Positions 22,761 to 34,144 of a stretch of 64,000 nt of DNA are shown here, one piece after another. The stretch is from an uncultured Planctomycetaceae bacterium (GTDB lineage Bacteria; Planctomycetota; Planctomycetia; Isosphaerales; Isosphaeraceae): the NCBI GenBank assembly GCA_963833985.1, contig CAWIAD010000002.1, positions 448,001-512,000 of the forward strand. The letters are read 5' to 3'. Position numbers and translations under genes: made by a program. Position 1 is the stretch's first letter; every line of letters begins with the position of its first letter. Under the pieces are notes generated by a model. That model was not told where the DNA came from. It searched no databases and saw only the letters and a list, made by a program, of their open reading frames with translations.

Positions 22761-23619
22761 TCAAGAGTCTTCCTGGCGCGACTTGCGGCTGCTCCACCAC
22801 CAGAGCACCATGGCAAGCGCAACGACCGCCGTAGCGGCGATCATCCACGGCGTGTACCCGTAAGCCGAGGGCGGCACGTAGATCAGGCCGGTGATCCGGT
22901 CTGCCTTCACCGCGATGTTGTCGAATTCCACGTCGATGGGCGCCTTGAGGGCCTGGGGCAAAACCTGAAACGCCAGGCTCTCGACGCGGTGGTCGCCGAA
23001 CGTGACGGCCCCGACCCGGCGGGACGGCTGACCGTGCGGACCGGCGTGGAACTGGAGCTCGCTGCCCACACGCACCAGCCGGATCGTGCCGGCCTTGTCG
23101 TCGGTGGAGCTTCCCCCGGCTTCCGCCGCACGCTTGCTTTCGGCCGGCGGCTGGAACCAGTGGCTGTAGCCGTGTCCCGCGCTCTTGCTGTTCGTCCGCG
23201 AGATCGCCGCCATGCCATCCGCGCCCGCCACGAAGATCGACAGGTTGATCCATTCCTTGTCCGGCGCGGGAAAGATCGCAGCGAGTAATCGACGCTGACG
23301 TCGAAATCTCCCTCGAGCCCGAACCGGCTGTTCAGGCCGATGAGCGGCCGCATCTCCATGCCGGGCGGGACGATCAGGCGCATCACGCCCTTCGAGAAAT
23401 CGGTCTTCGTGACCGCCACGCTCGTATTGGCAAGCGCCACCGCATGTGATCGAAATCCTTGCCGGCGAACGACTCGTTGATCTCCGTCACCGCCGGGTCC
23501 TGGGCGACGGCTCGATGGGTCGATTCAAATCCCGCCATGAGCAGGACCAGAAGCGGGCAGACGTACGCCGCCCCTGGAAGAGCGAAGCGACGATGAAGTG
23601 TGAACATCACACCGAACAT
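22761..23619 (-). CDS. Secreted, C-terminally anchored hypothetical protein (DUF1583-like); two apparent frameshifts
   Basis: Three overlapping ORFs (23383-23619, 22907-23440, 22761-23231) join into signal peptide + FGLEGDFDVSVDY domain + C-terminal TM helix. Confidence 0.55.
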
Positions 23620-23622
23620 CGT

Positions 23623-24612
23623 TTACTCCACGCTCGCGGCCTCGCCCCCGGCGATGGTGGCAAGCGCCTTCCACGGCCCGGGTGCCACCGTCTGCTTGAT
23701 CCAGTGGACCGAGCCGTCGGCCGTCAGCAGGTTCACGCCGCCAGGGTGCCGGCTGGTCGCGGTCTCCGCGAGCTGGCCCTCGGTGTCGGTCACGCCCGTG
23801 GTGCAGCTTTGCTGATGGGGCGGCAAAAAATGGTGATAGCGCGTGTAAAACGCGTTGCCGTCAGACCAGCGCTGGCCGGACCATTCCAGCGAGTGCGGCG
23901 TAGCGCGGGGTGGTCACCGGGCTGGCCTGCCCGCAGCTTGCCATCGTCGGGCTGATCTCGTACAGGTCTCCCAGCGGGTCGGGCTGTGCGGAATTGCCCA
24001 GGCAGCGCTCGCTGAAGACCGCCGTCGCGCTGGTGCCGTCGCGGATCGACGAGAGCTTGATGGCACTCTGGAACCAGAACGCTCCGTCGTTGACACCCGT
24101 ATTCTTGACCGGGTCGCTGATGAGATTGATGGGCAAGGTCCCGCGCAGGCCCGGTAGTTGTTGCACGAATTGCCATCCTTGTCCGCGATAAAGCCGACGT
24201 CCGACGGGCACAGGAAAACGCTCAGATTGGTGAGCAGCCCGGTGGCGTTGGGCGCGCCGTAGAGCGGGTGATGGGCCCACGGCAGGCCGCTGAAGTTGAG
24301 CGCGCTGTAGACGGTCGTCTGCTCCAGGTAAGGAAGCAGTTGCGAATGCGCCGACCAGCGGGGCAAGAAGCCCGCCGGCGCGCCGCCGCCAGCGCCGAAC
24401 GGGTAGACCGTGTGCACCCCTTCGTACCCCGCCAGCGCCACCCCGATCTGCCGCAGGTTGTTCAGACAAGAGCCTCTTCGCGCCGCCTCGCGCGCCATCT
24501 GCACCGCGGGGATGAGCAAGGCGAACAGCAGGCCGATGACCGCGATCACGACCAGAAGCTCAATGAGCGTGAACGCGCGCGGGGGATACCGGCGGCGGGG
24601 AACTGGCGTCAT
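23623..24612 (-). CDS. DUF1559 / prepilin N-methylation domain protein; two apparent frameshifts (~24140, ~23890)
   Basis: [50 protein letters not shown] spread over three frames. Confidence 0.85.
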
Positions 24613-26461
24613 GCGCGTCGTTGGCATCGTTCGCATCCTCCAGCTCGGGCAAGCCCAGCGCGCGGCGTACCCGATTTGCCTCGGCCAGGTCGATCTCGTA
24701 AACGTAAATCGAATGGGCCACGACCGCAATGGGATGGAATTGGTGGAAGTAATCATAGGCTTTCAGGGGCACCCATGTCTGCGAGCCCTTGCCGTTGGGC
24801 GATGAAAACGGCACGCCAACCAGGTAGTTGGCGCTGACGGCGTGGAGGCCGGGCACCGGCCCGATGTCCGCGTCCTCGCGTCCCGGATGGGCGCCCGGCC
24901 CGAAAGGCGGGAGTTCATACCGGATTCCCAGGACTTCGGGAAACATGAAACCGAAGTAGGCAAGCTTCACCGTTCGGCCGGGCGCGTGCTCGTCTAGCCA
25001 GTCCTTCAGCCCCACCAGCCCCTGGCCCCAGTCGATGTTGCTGTCGGCGAGATGCTCCAGCCCGTGCTGAGGCCCGCCGGCCGCCTCGTTGAAATATGTC
25101 AGGAAATACGGGTAAACGGCAACCGCGCCGGCGGCCGACCAGACGAGGGTTCCGGCCACGATCACCGACCACAATCGCCGGCTGGCCGCGAGGAAGGGTC
25201 CCAGCCGCCCGGTCAGGATGAAGAGGTACGGATACACGGGCAGCGCGTAGCGGCCAAAGTTCAGTCCCGTCTGCGTGCTGACGAGCGTCAGCAACGCCAG
25301 TGCCGGGACAATCAGGCAAGCCTCGTCCACCAGGCCGCGCCGGTACTCCCTTCGCCGCGCTGCCAGCACCGCCGCGAAAAACATAAGGCCCATCATGCCG
25401 GCCGGCGTCTTGACCGCGAGGTAGTAGAGGTAGTAATACCACCAGCCCGCACCGCGCCTTAACTCCCCGCGCAGGTACTTGTAGTAGGTCCCGCCGTCCA
25501 CATCGGACATCTGGTCGTCCAGCCCCAGCAGGTATTGCTCCGGCAACGGCACCGGCAGGCGAGCCAGCACGGAACCGTGGAAGCGATTGTCAAGCGATCG
25601 GGGCATCACGGGATCGTTCGCCTTTGGGCCGATCAAAAGCCGGCTCTTGAACGCGAATGAACCCAGGCTGCGTCCCGTGCCCTCGAAGAGGTAGACGCTG
25701 TTCAGGACATAGAGAGACACGAAGCACGCGAGCGCCGCGTGGACGAAGAACTTGCGCCATGGAAGCCGGGCGCCATCCACACCCAATCGGCCCGTCCAGG
25801 CCGCCCATAGGCCGAGAACAATCCAAACGGCTGGCAGCACGACGAGCGAGAACTTGGTCCCCTCAGCGAGTCCGAGCAGAACCCCGCAGAGGATCGCTTG
25901 CTTGAGACTGGGCCCCTTGAGATAAGCCCAGAACGCATAGCACGCCCCCAGCGCAACGACCGTCGCGCCCATGTCCATCGTGACCAGGCCGCCGTGGGCG
26001 AGGATCTCCGGGCAGAAGGTCCACATCGAAAGGCTGATCAAACCTCCGCACGCTCCGAACAGGGTCCGCGACCACCGATACACCAGATAGCCGCCCAGAA
26101 CCGAGATTGAGACCACGACGAGCCTGCACATGACGTACAATCGCATGTAGCGATTTTTATTTAGCATCATGAACTCGCGGCTCATGTCTGTGCCCCGCAC
26201 ATCGCTATCGGGCGCGCACCTTTGATAGTCCGTCGGGACGCCCGCAACGACGGCCGGCAGCGAGAAGGCGAGCCTGATCAGCGGAGGGTTGTGGTGATAG
26301 CACCAGAAATCACCGAAGTGCCAGTGGCTCATCCCGGCTGGGAGATGACACCCCTCGTCGACAGTGACAGAGTTTCTAGGCAGGCTGAGGCCGAGAAGGA
26401 GCACATGAACGCAAAGCAAGCAGGCGGTAAGCACGCGGTACCATGAATGGTTCCAGGCCAT
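24560..26461 (-). CDS. GT-C membrane glycosyltransferase (GT39/PMT-ArnT-like)
   Basis: [42 protein letters not shown]; many TM segments. Confidence 0.85.
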   Translation of the reverse strand: MAWNHSWYRVLTACLLCVHVLLLGLSLPRNSVTVDEGCHLPAGMSHWHFGDFWCYHHNPPLIRLAFSLPAVVAGVPTDYQRCAPDSDVRGTDMSREFMMLNKNRYMRLYVMCRLVVVSISVLGGYLVYRWSRTLFGACGGLISLSMWTFCPEILAHGGLVTMDMGATVVALGACYAFWAYLKGPSLKQAILCGVLLGLAEGTKFSLVVLPAVWIVLGLWAAWTGRLGVDGARLPWRKFFVHAALACFVSLYVLNSVYLFEGTGRSLGSFAFKSRLLIGPKANDPVMPRSLDNRFHGSVLARLPVPLPEQYLLGLDDQMSDVDGGTYYKYLRGELRRGAGWWYYYLYYLAVKTPAGMMGLMFFAAVLAARRREYRRGLVDEACLIVPALALLTLVSTQTGLNFGRYALPVYPYLFILTGRLGPFLAASRRLWSVIVAGTLVWSAAGAVAVYPYFLTYFNEAAGGPQHGLEHLADSNIDWGQGLVGLKDWLDEHAPGRTVKLAYFGFMFPEVLGIRYELPPFGPGAHPGREDADIGPVPGLHAVSANYLVGVPFSSPNGKGSQTWVPLKAYDYFHQFHPIAVVAHSIYVYEIDLAEANRVRRALGLPELEDANDANDAHDASSPPPVSPARVHAH

Positions 26462-27598
26462 GTGTGCCTTCGAGACAAACAGCCGGTGAGCCCTCAGCCG
26501 GGGCGCCTTTTCACTCCGCATCGGGTATAGGGCTCCGCCAGCAAGTGGAACGATTCAGACCGCGAAAGTCCTGGCCCATGATCGCTCCCAAAGTAGTTGA
26601 AGGGAGGTCAACTTTACTACAACTATTTATATAAATGTATTATGAGTGCGTGCAACTCGCTCTGGAACTGCTACGCCGCCGCGGTCAGGCTTTCAGAGGT
26701 CTACAGAGGAACACCGGACCGCTCGATCAGTAACCGCCGAGCCTGACCGTGCTCAAACGCAATGACTCAGCTTACTCTGAGGGGCTCAGCCGGTAGATAC
26801 GAATTGACCTGCCGACACGGGCCACCGGCTCTGTTCTCAGGAGCTTGACTCGCATGCTCGACCCAAGTGGCGAATAACGATCCGCCACGGCGACGCAGTG
26901 GCTTGCGCTGTAGTCTAGCAAGACGTTCTCGCTCACCGCCAAGAACGTACAGTGCGCGAGGCCTTCAGAAGCTGGCGCGACATCAGGAGGCTTCAGTCCG
27001 TACGGTTCCCCGTCTCCTAGGCCGTGGACGAATATCTGGACTCGCCCCTCGCTCGAATGCTCGGACACCCAAGACGCGAGTCGCGCCAGGTCTTGGCCCC
27101 AATCAAGATTGTCACCGATAAGTGCCGGGCGCCCCCGGGGGCTCGACCAACAAAGCTCATTCTGCCATCCGAGGTGATCGGGTACGGCTTCGACCGCGTT
27201 TGCGGCGAGCCAGGCGAGCAGGCTACCCAGAACGAACCGGCTGACAAAACGGGTCGTCTGCCATACCTGACCTATCCATATGCACAAAGGCGGGAGGACC
27301 GGAAGCATGTACCGGAAAAAGGCGCTAGAGCCCGAGCCTGTACACATTGCGACTGAAAGCGCAAGCGCCGCGGGTGGTACGACAAGGCAGGCTTCCGCCC
27401 AGGAATTCCTGCCGCCCCCTCGCACAAGGCGGGGAATGTGAGCCAGGGAGAGAATCGACAAGATCACGACTGGCAAGGGCACCTTCAGCAGAAAGGTGAC
27501 AGCGTACCAGTACCACCAGCCGCCGAGTCTGCTTTGACCCCACAGGTACGTGTACTGAGGGCCTTCGGAATCGGCCAATTGGACATCAAGGCCCCTAA

Positions 27599-29108
27599 TT
27601 CTACTGTATCTCTACGTTCGTAGTTGGTTCTTCAAAGGGGGTAAGAGTTTGCGTGAGTAATGCTGGAAGAATCGGGCGAGCTCGTTGCGTTCCAACCAAC
27701 GTGTGGTGCACCGGGAGAGCTTCTCGGGGCTGTTGACGTTGAGACGTTCCTCGATGATCCCTGCGATCAGTTGCCGCAACCGCGGTGACGTCAATGCCGG
27801 TGTCTGTATTTTTTCCCCGCCGCGTCTCCTGATTCAGGAACCACGCGGCCACGAGCGACAAGGTTTGATGGTGATGCCAGGCGATCCAGTTCCGCACCTG
27901 GTAATCGGCCAGGCCCGCCTCCCCTTTGCCCCGCTCCAGGCACTCCTCGATCCGATGCGCCAGTTTGGCCACCCGGCCAAATTCGATCAACGGAGTTTCG
28001 GCTTTACTATTTGATAAATAATAATCATGTTTAACAGTTCCATCGGCCTGTTGCTCACGCGTGATGAAGAGGACCTCCTCGAAACCTGCACGATTGCCCG
28101 GTCCTCGAGATTGGACGCGCCGCTTGATCGCGTCGACCACCAAAGGTCCCTTCTCGCCATCACGGACGTCGAGCCTCGTCCACGCCGATTCCGGCAGGGC
28201 CGCACGCCAATGATCCACACGCATGAAAGGAGCCTTGGGGGGTTGACCCCGCCCCCCATATTCCGGTGGCGGTGCCTCCAGATCGCGGATCGTCGTGTTC
28301 GACGGAACCGCCAACAGATACTGCTCCCCCCGCTCCCTCAACGCCTGGCGAAAACTCGCGGGACGGCCCATTTCATCGTCCCCCGCCACCCACGCGTGTG
28401 GCAGCAACCCACCTTGCTCATCCAGCATCGCCAGGGCCAATTGATGGCGCGTCTGGAACTTGATGGACTTGGGGACGCCAGCCTTGTTCCGGCGGTCGCG
28501 ATCCTTGGCCCATTCCTTGGGCAAGTAAAGCCTTACATTGGTAATCGTATGCTCTTTTCTAGACGCATAAGCCATGTAGACGCCAACCTGACAGTTCTCA
28601 ACCTTCCCCAGCCGGCCGCACCACTGCCGCGCGACGCCCACCGACATAGTCCCTTTCTTGGGGAAGCCCGAAGGGTCGAAGATAATCACCCCATCCTTCT
28701 CGCCCAGTTGCTCGCCGACCTGCTGCGCCAGGATCGTGAGCAGGGGTTGATGATCCCATGGCACGTGCCCGATGAACTTTTGGATTCCTTGTCGTTCTTG
28801 ATCGTGGAGATAAGCGATTCCCTCGCCGGTCTTGTGCTCAAGCTTCGACAGCAGACCGGTAACGTACTCGGTTGCATGTCGATGTTGTTCAGGTTCGCTC
28901 AGGGTCGCAGCGAACGGCTCGATGAAGACGTCCAACCGTTCCAGCAGACCATCGATCAAGTCAGGCGACACCTGCGATTGTGCCAGCATGTCAGCCAACC
29001 GTGCTTCGTATCGTCGATCCATGACGCCCTCGCTTCCTTGTAACATCCTTGACGGAAGCGAATATCAGAAAAAACCTTACAGTTCGTCAACCCCAGGATA
29101 CAGTAGAA
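27599..29108 (-). mobile_element. IS701 family insertion sequence
   Basis: Inverted ends TTCTACTGTATC / GATACAGTAGAA; 4-bp CTAA duplication (27595-27598, 29109-29112). Confidence 0.92.
27612..29022 (-). CDS. IS701 DDE transposase; C-terminus probably made by -1 frameshift at GGGGAAAAAA (~27810)
   Basis: DPSGFPKKG.MSVGVARQWCGRLGKVENCQVGV, KGEAGLADYQVRNW; alternative-frame tail TPALTSPRLRQL. Confidence 0.9.
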
Positions 29109-30247
29109 CTAATGAACTCCGCCGGGACAGGTAAGGGAGCCCTCTCCAGCGGGCAGGCGCTGCCCGGCCCGCGGTTGGAATCCTGGTGCTTGTCGCCGGC
29201 CCATGTGGTGACGCGACACTGTCGGAGAGTCATTCCCAGGCCCGTGAATGCGTACGCGGCATCCAGCGCCACAAGACTCGTAGCAAATAGGAGCAGTCCA
29301 AGGCCGGCGATGCTGCCCAGAACCTTAACCCTCCGCCCGACGTCCGGACAAGATATACATAGCTGAAAGCGCCCTGCACAGCATGATCACGGCCCAACAA
29401 GGATAGAGGACCAGGAGGGTGAACTTGGTTGCCTGTGCCAGCCCCATCGCGAGCCCCGACGCAAGTGCATCCCTCGCGCGAAGAGATACAACGAGCGATG
29501 AGAAGCACCTACAAGAAACAACCAGAAGCACAGCGGCTGGCATGTCGGAGGTGACGAGAGACCCGTGAGCCAAAACAGGTGGCATTAAGCACCAGATAAA
29601 AAGCGACGCCACGCCCGGCCACGTTCCGTACATCCGGACCGACCAATCGAAGATGGTCAAGCCCCCAACGATTGTCAGAACCATTGGCAAAACTCGGCAG
29701 ATCCGATAAATCATGTGGTAGGAACTGCGATACCGCGACTGGAAGACATGACCGACCTCCCACTCGGTGCGGTCCGCTAGGTCTTTGTCCAACGAGGCGG
29801 GGTAGTCAACCCGAATGCCCGCTACATGGCAAGGGAGGGCGTAGAGTAACTTGCTCAGGGGGCCGCAGACACGATACACGGAGAAGGAACGGCGCTGCCA
29901 TGCCGCCAGGCCCGCTGGAAGGTGGGCATATTCCGTAACGGCTACAGAGTTTCCCCAGGCTCCGGGAAGCATGAGTACGACGGACGCTACAGCCAATGAG
30001 GCCACCACATACCGAACGCGGCACGGGACGGGAGACACGGACCGCCTCCTTCGTTCTAACGCTGTTCAGAAGGGGAGCCAGGCGTGGCCACAACGTGTCA
30101 GGGTGCGGGCGGCGTGATGGAACCCTGGCTCTGACTTGCGATATGCTTCGTCACGCGCGAAGGTGTGGACCATTCCGCTCAGGCAGTGAGCACGTCGTCG
30201 TCTACAGGCCGGACCGCTCGCTCAAGGGGGAAGACTCGGATTCGGTC

Positions 30248-31257
30248 TCAGCCCTCGGCGCCTGCTGAGTCCGAAGTCCCCCCGGGCACTTCTCTTTTCA
30301 CAAGCCTCATCCTGATCAGGAAGAGGAGAAGACCAACCGCGCCGGCTACGCACAGAAGGAGGCCCAGCCTGAACCGGGACGCGCCGGGGGAGAGAGCTCG
30401 GGAAGACCAACCGAACTCAGAGTAAAGTCTCGCTCATCGGGAGAACCGAGAGCCAGCTCCCCAAACTCGAAGGTGCGAGTGGTCCGTTGCGTTTTGATTG
30501 TGACCCGCCTGGGGAGCGGTGTCCCGCCAACCGGGTCACCGTATTCGACCTCGGAGGTGCGGCAAGAACCCTTGACGCACGCCTCTTGTTTACGCAGTGC
30601 CCAGCGGTCGTTCGGGGCAACCAGGAGCCAGCAGTCCATGAGCTGCGGGACGCCGTTGAACGAGTATCCTCTCGTATACGATATCTTGACCAACTCCTCC
30701 TTACCGGCGTTCTCCCTGGAAACGTTCGTAATCTTGGTCCCTGGCTCGAAGAGGAATTCGTCAATCGCGGTGATCGCCACAAAAGGTGCGTAGATGTAGT
30801 CCTGGCGAAACTCCTCGAGCGAGGCTACGAGCTTGCTTTTCTCACCGCGCCGACTGAAGCTTTTCAAGGCAAAAGGTCCATCGCCGGTCGGACCGGACGC
30901 CCGGAAGGCGTACGCGCTGTTCGCGACCGATATCGAGACCTCGGTTTCCCCCGCGGTCTCGACCCCGGGCGCGGGTTGCTTCGAGACCCTGAGAAGTTCG
31001 CCGCTAAATTCAAACGATATGGCATGTCTGCGGGTGGACGCCGCCGGAGGCAGCCCTTGCGTGACCTCGATCTCGATTCCCGAGCCACGGCACTGTGACA
31101 GGCGCCCATGGAGCTCCTTGAGCGCCGCGGGATATTCATGCAAGACCCGTTGCTTCAGGTCACCGTCCTGCGCGGGCACACTCCTGGTGCAGATCGCCAG
31201 GGACGAGCACACCGCAACCGCCAGGAATGAGAGAAGTGTTTTGCGGAAGACCTTCAT
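30248..31257 (-). CDS. Secreted hypothetical protein with C-terminal TM anchor (apparent frameshift ~30385)
   Basis: N-terminal signal; ends FTLSSVGLPE; shifted frame gives RLGLLLCVAGAVGLLFLIRMR. Confidence 0.6.
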
Positions 31258-31403
31258 TGGGCTACTTCCAATCCAGTGGATCAGAACTCATCTTTCGGTT
31301 GATGACGCCCCTCGGCGCGCCCGGCCGGCTTGAGGAAGGTTGTCGGGGGACGGCGCCACCGCTCCGGTGGAAGGGCAACGGGTTCCTGACCGGGTCGTAA
31401 AAG

Positions 31404-31679
31404 TCAGGGGCCGTAGCAGTAGCACGAACCCCCGCCTGCCTCCGAGTGAAAGCTGCAACCGCATTGTGAATTCGTGCAGGTCCCGGGCGGGCAGGACGTG
31501 TCGTTGGGATTGCACGTGCAGTCCCACTGGCTACAGAAGCTGCCCACGCACGCGCACGGACAGCAGCTATCGCCGTCGTCGGCGTGTGCCAGTGGTGACG
31601 CCAAAACGAGCCCCGCGGCGAGAAGAACGACTGATGTGAATACGATCGAGTTCCATGAAAAACGCGCCAACCCGTTCAT
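31404..31679 (-). CDS. Small secreted cysteine-rich peptide
   Basis: AGGAAGG RBS; 33-aa signal ending AHA; 58-aa mature part with 13 Cys. Confidence 0.8.
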   Translation of the reverse strand: MNGLARFSWNSIVFTSVVLLAAGLVLASPLAHADDGDSCCPCACVGSFCSQWDCTCNPNDTSCPPGTCTNSQCGCSFHSEAGGGSCYCYGP

Positions 31680-31722
31680 TTGTCCTTCCTGGGAGGTAAA
31701 GTCCGCTACGGAACCCTGAAAG

Positions 31723-32184
31723 TCATCCGGGCGGGCCCTCCTTTTGAGCGCCGGAGGCCACCGCTCCTTCCAACTTGAGAATTAGGGCCGGCTGGGCGGG
31801 ATGGTCGGTAAGGATTGTTACCCGTCCGTTCACAGGGCTTCCTCCCCTTCCTCTACCGTCCACCACGAGAACAAGCTCTCGCGACTGTCCGGGCCCCAGC
31901 AGCGTGGGCATGTCGCTGATTACTGAACATGGGCAAAACGTTGTTGCACCGAGAAGCGTCACCGTCCTGTCGGAAGCGTTCTTAATGTGCACGCATGCTT
32001 CGTATTCGCATCCTGCGTCCATCCTACCTAGCGATATGTGCTGCGGGTCGAGGGAGAGCCTGCGACCGGTGACATACTCGACCCCCGCGGAAAACGTCCC
32101 GAAATAAGTCGCAAAAGAAAGACAGAGCACGGCCCCCCAACTCAGAAGGAGGGCAAACAGGGGAACGACTGTCTTCGATGACAT
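31723..32184 (-). CDS. DUF1573 domain protein
   Basis: N-terminal TM; ISLG...IKN.SDRTVTL....FCPC...LGPGQS pattern. Confidence 0.75.
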   Translation of the reverse strand: MSSKTVVPLFALLLSWGAVLCLSFATYFGTFSAGVEYVTGRRLSLDPQHISLGRMDAGCEYEACVHIKNASDRTVTLLGATTFCPCSVISDMPTLLGPGQSRELVLVVDGRGRGGSPVNGRVTILTDHPAQPALILKLEGAVASGAQKEGPPG

Positions 32185-33323
32185 CGCAGCCTTCTCCCTG
32201 CGTCGAGGGCACTTTCATTGGAAGCGGATACAAACCGGAGAGCACCCAGGACCGCCAGTGACGCGTCGAAGCAGCCGGGACCTGGTCTCCGCACGGGTCT
32301 TATTCCTCATCACCCCTGCTCCGCGTGACTCTGAACCGAGAACGACCGGCGCATCTCATGTTCAATTGGAAGGATAGTCCTGTTTGGATTGGTTCACCAC
32401 GGTGACGAATCGCCCACTTTCCTGTCACTAACAGCATCAAGAATCAAGATAAAAGTCATTCTACTGTGACTGTCATGAATCAGTCAAGAAAAAATCCGCG
32501 TGATCGTTGGTTAAAAAAATGGAGGCATGCCCCATAAAAAGAAAGGAAAGAACGGGCAATGCGATCTTACCGCGGACGGATTCGGTAACTCGTGCGGATC
32601 TTGCTGGGAGGATCCGCCCATTGATCGCGCATGGCAGGTTGGGGCCAACCACATCCTGACGTATCACACGCCCGCCAGCGAAGGGCAACTCGCAGCGCTT
32701 CCCGAGAATCCGGCCCCTCCATCGCATGGCATTGCAGATGAAACGACGCGCCGGTGCGGGGACGATCCCACCACGCGACAGCCCCAGCGACCTCCGCGCT
32801 GAATGCGCGAATCCAGGAATGCGATTGGTCGCACGGCCTCGATCAGACTTCGCCTCTCAAGATTGGCCACGATCGAAGGGATGCTGTAATTCACACGACT
32901 CAAGAACCAGGCGGCGCAAGTGCTTGCTGGCTCCAGCGAACGCGGTGCAGCCAGGTCACGCCTGGACGTTGAGCCTTGGCCTTCGGCTGATCGGCCAGGC
33001 CCACCGCGCGGTGAAAAGCAAAAGGGTGGCTCCAATGCTCTTCTGGCTGTTCAGGGATGGCTATTGGGATGATCGACCACCAGCCCTTCGGCCTGGGCGG
33101 CACGCCGCTGCCGTTCCGTGACCCGAGCCGTTGCGGGCGGGCCAGGCCGGCCGACTGTGCACGAGCACGAGGCGAGGGGAGAGCGGATATGGATGCCGAG
33201 CGGCCAGGCAGCCGTGCAAACGGTCCACTGGCGTTGAGCCTGTGCGGTCCACGCGATCGCGATGCCAACCGGCTGGGCAAGAAGCCCGGGGGAAGCTAGA
33301 CTTGGCTAGCTCAGGGAGACGCC

Positions 33324-33563
33324 ATGGAAATCGCGAATATCCACGAAGCCAGGTCGCGGCTTTCGAAGCTGATCGAGCACGCTTTGAACGGCGAGGAAGT
33401 CATCATTGCCAGGGCCGGGCAGCCCGTGGTGCGGTTGGTGCCAGTCACGACCGACGCTTCACCACGCACCGGCGGCCAGTGGCAGGGCCGCGTCCGCATC
33501 GCCGATGACTTCAAGGTTCTTCCGGACGACACCGCCTCCGCCTTCGGCAGCGAGAAGCAATGA
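33324..33563 (+). CDS. Phd/YefM family antitoxin
   Basis: NIHEARSRLSKLIE....GEEVIIARAGQPVVRL. Confidence 0.9.
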   Translation: MEIANIHEARSRLSKLIEHALNGEEVIIARAGQPVVRLVPVTTDASPRTGGQWQGRVRIADDFKVLPDDTASAFGSEKQ

Positions 33564-33937
33564 CGCTCCTGCTTGATACTTGTGTCTTCCTGTGGTGGCT
33601 TGACGACCCGCGGCGCCTCTCCAGAGCGGCCCGTAAGGCGATCGGCGACGGCAAGAATACCGTTGACATTTCAGCCGCCGTTGTCTGGGAAATCGCCATC
33701 AAACGGGCACTCGGCAAATTCGATGCCCCGCGCGACCTCGAGGGGGCGATGGCCTCCAACCGCTTCCTTCCGCTCCCGGTCACCATCCCGCACGCCCTGG
33801 CCGTCGAGACGCTGCCAAATCATCATCGCGATCCGTTCGACCGTATGCTGATTGCCCAGGCGCGGCGTGAAGGATTCAAACTCGTGAGCCGTGACCACCA
33901 TGTGCCGCTCTACGGCGTACCGCATATCCTTGCGTGA
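33560..33937 (+). CDS. VapC/PIN toxin
   Basis: LLLDTCVFLWW, WEIAIK, HRDPFDRMLIAQA; ATGA overlap with antitoxin. Confidence 0.92.
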   Translation: MTLLLDTCVFLWWLDDPRRLSRAARKAIGDGKNTVDISAAVVWEIAIKRALGKFDAPRDLEGAMASNRFLPLPVTIPHALAVETLPNHHRDPFDRMLIAQARREGFKLVSRDHHVPLYGVPHILA

Positions 33938-34144
33938 GCTTCAGACCGGAGGAATCGCCCTTCCATCAACCATCGCCGTGAAAGCAAAAGCAGATTTGAA
34001 CCTGGTAAAACGGTCCACGTGTCTTGATGCTTCCTCTCATTGGTCTCTGGCCCCGGTGTCTCCCGTTCACGACCTGCCATGACAGACCGCGGCCCATGGT
34101 GCTTCCACGATTGCGCAATGAACTCCGGATCAAGCAAACAACCC

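Larger units (their letters stand above)
26772..30038 (-). pseudogene. Second GT39/ArnT-like glycosyltransferase, interrupted by IS701 and frameshifted near 29330
   Basis: EYAHLPAG, LAHGSLVTSD, TKFT in 5' part; GDNLDWGQD in 3' part; removing the IS restores ...PAEF-IRGLDVQ in frame. Confidence 0.85.
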
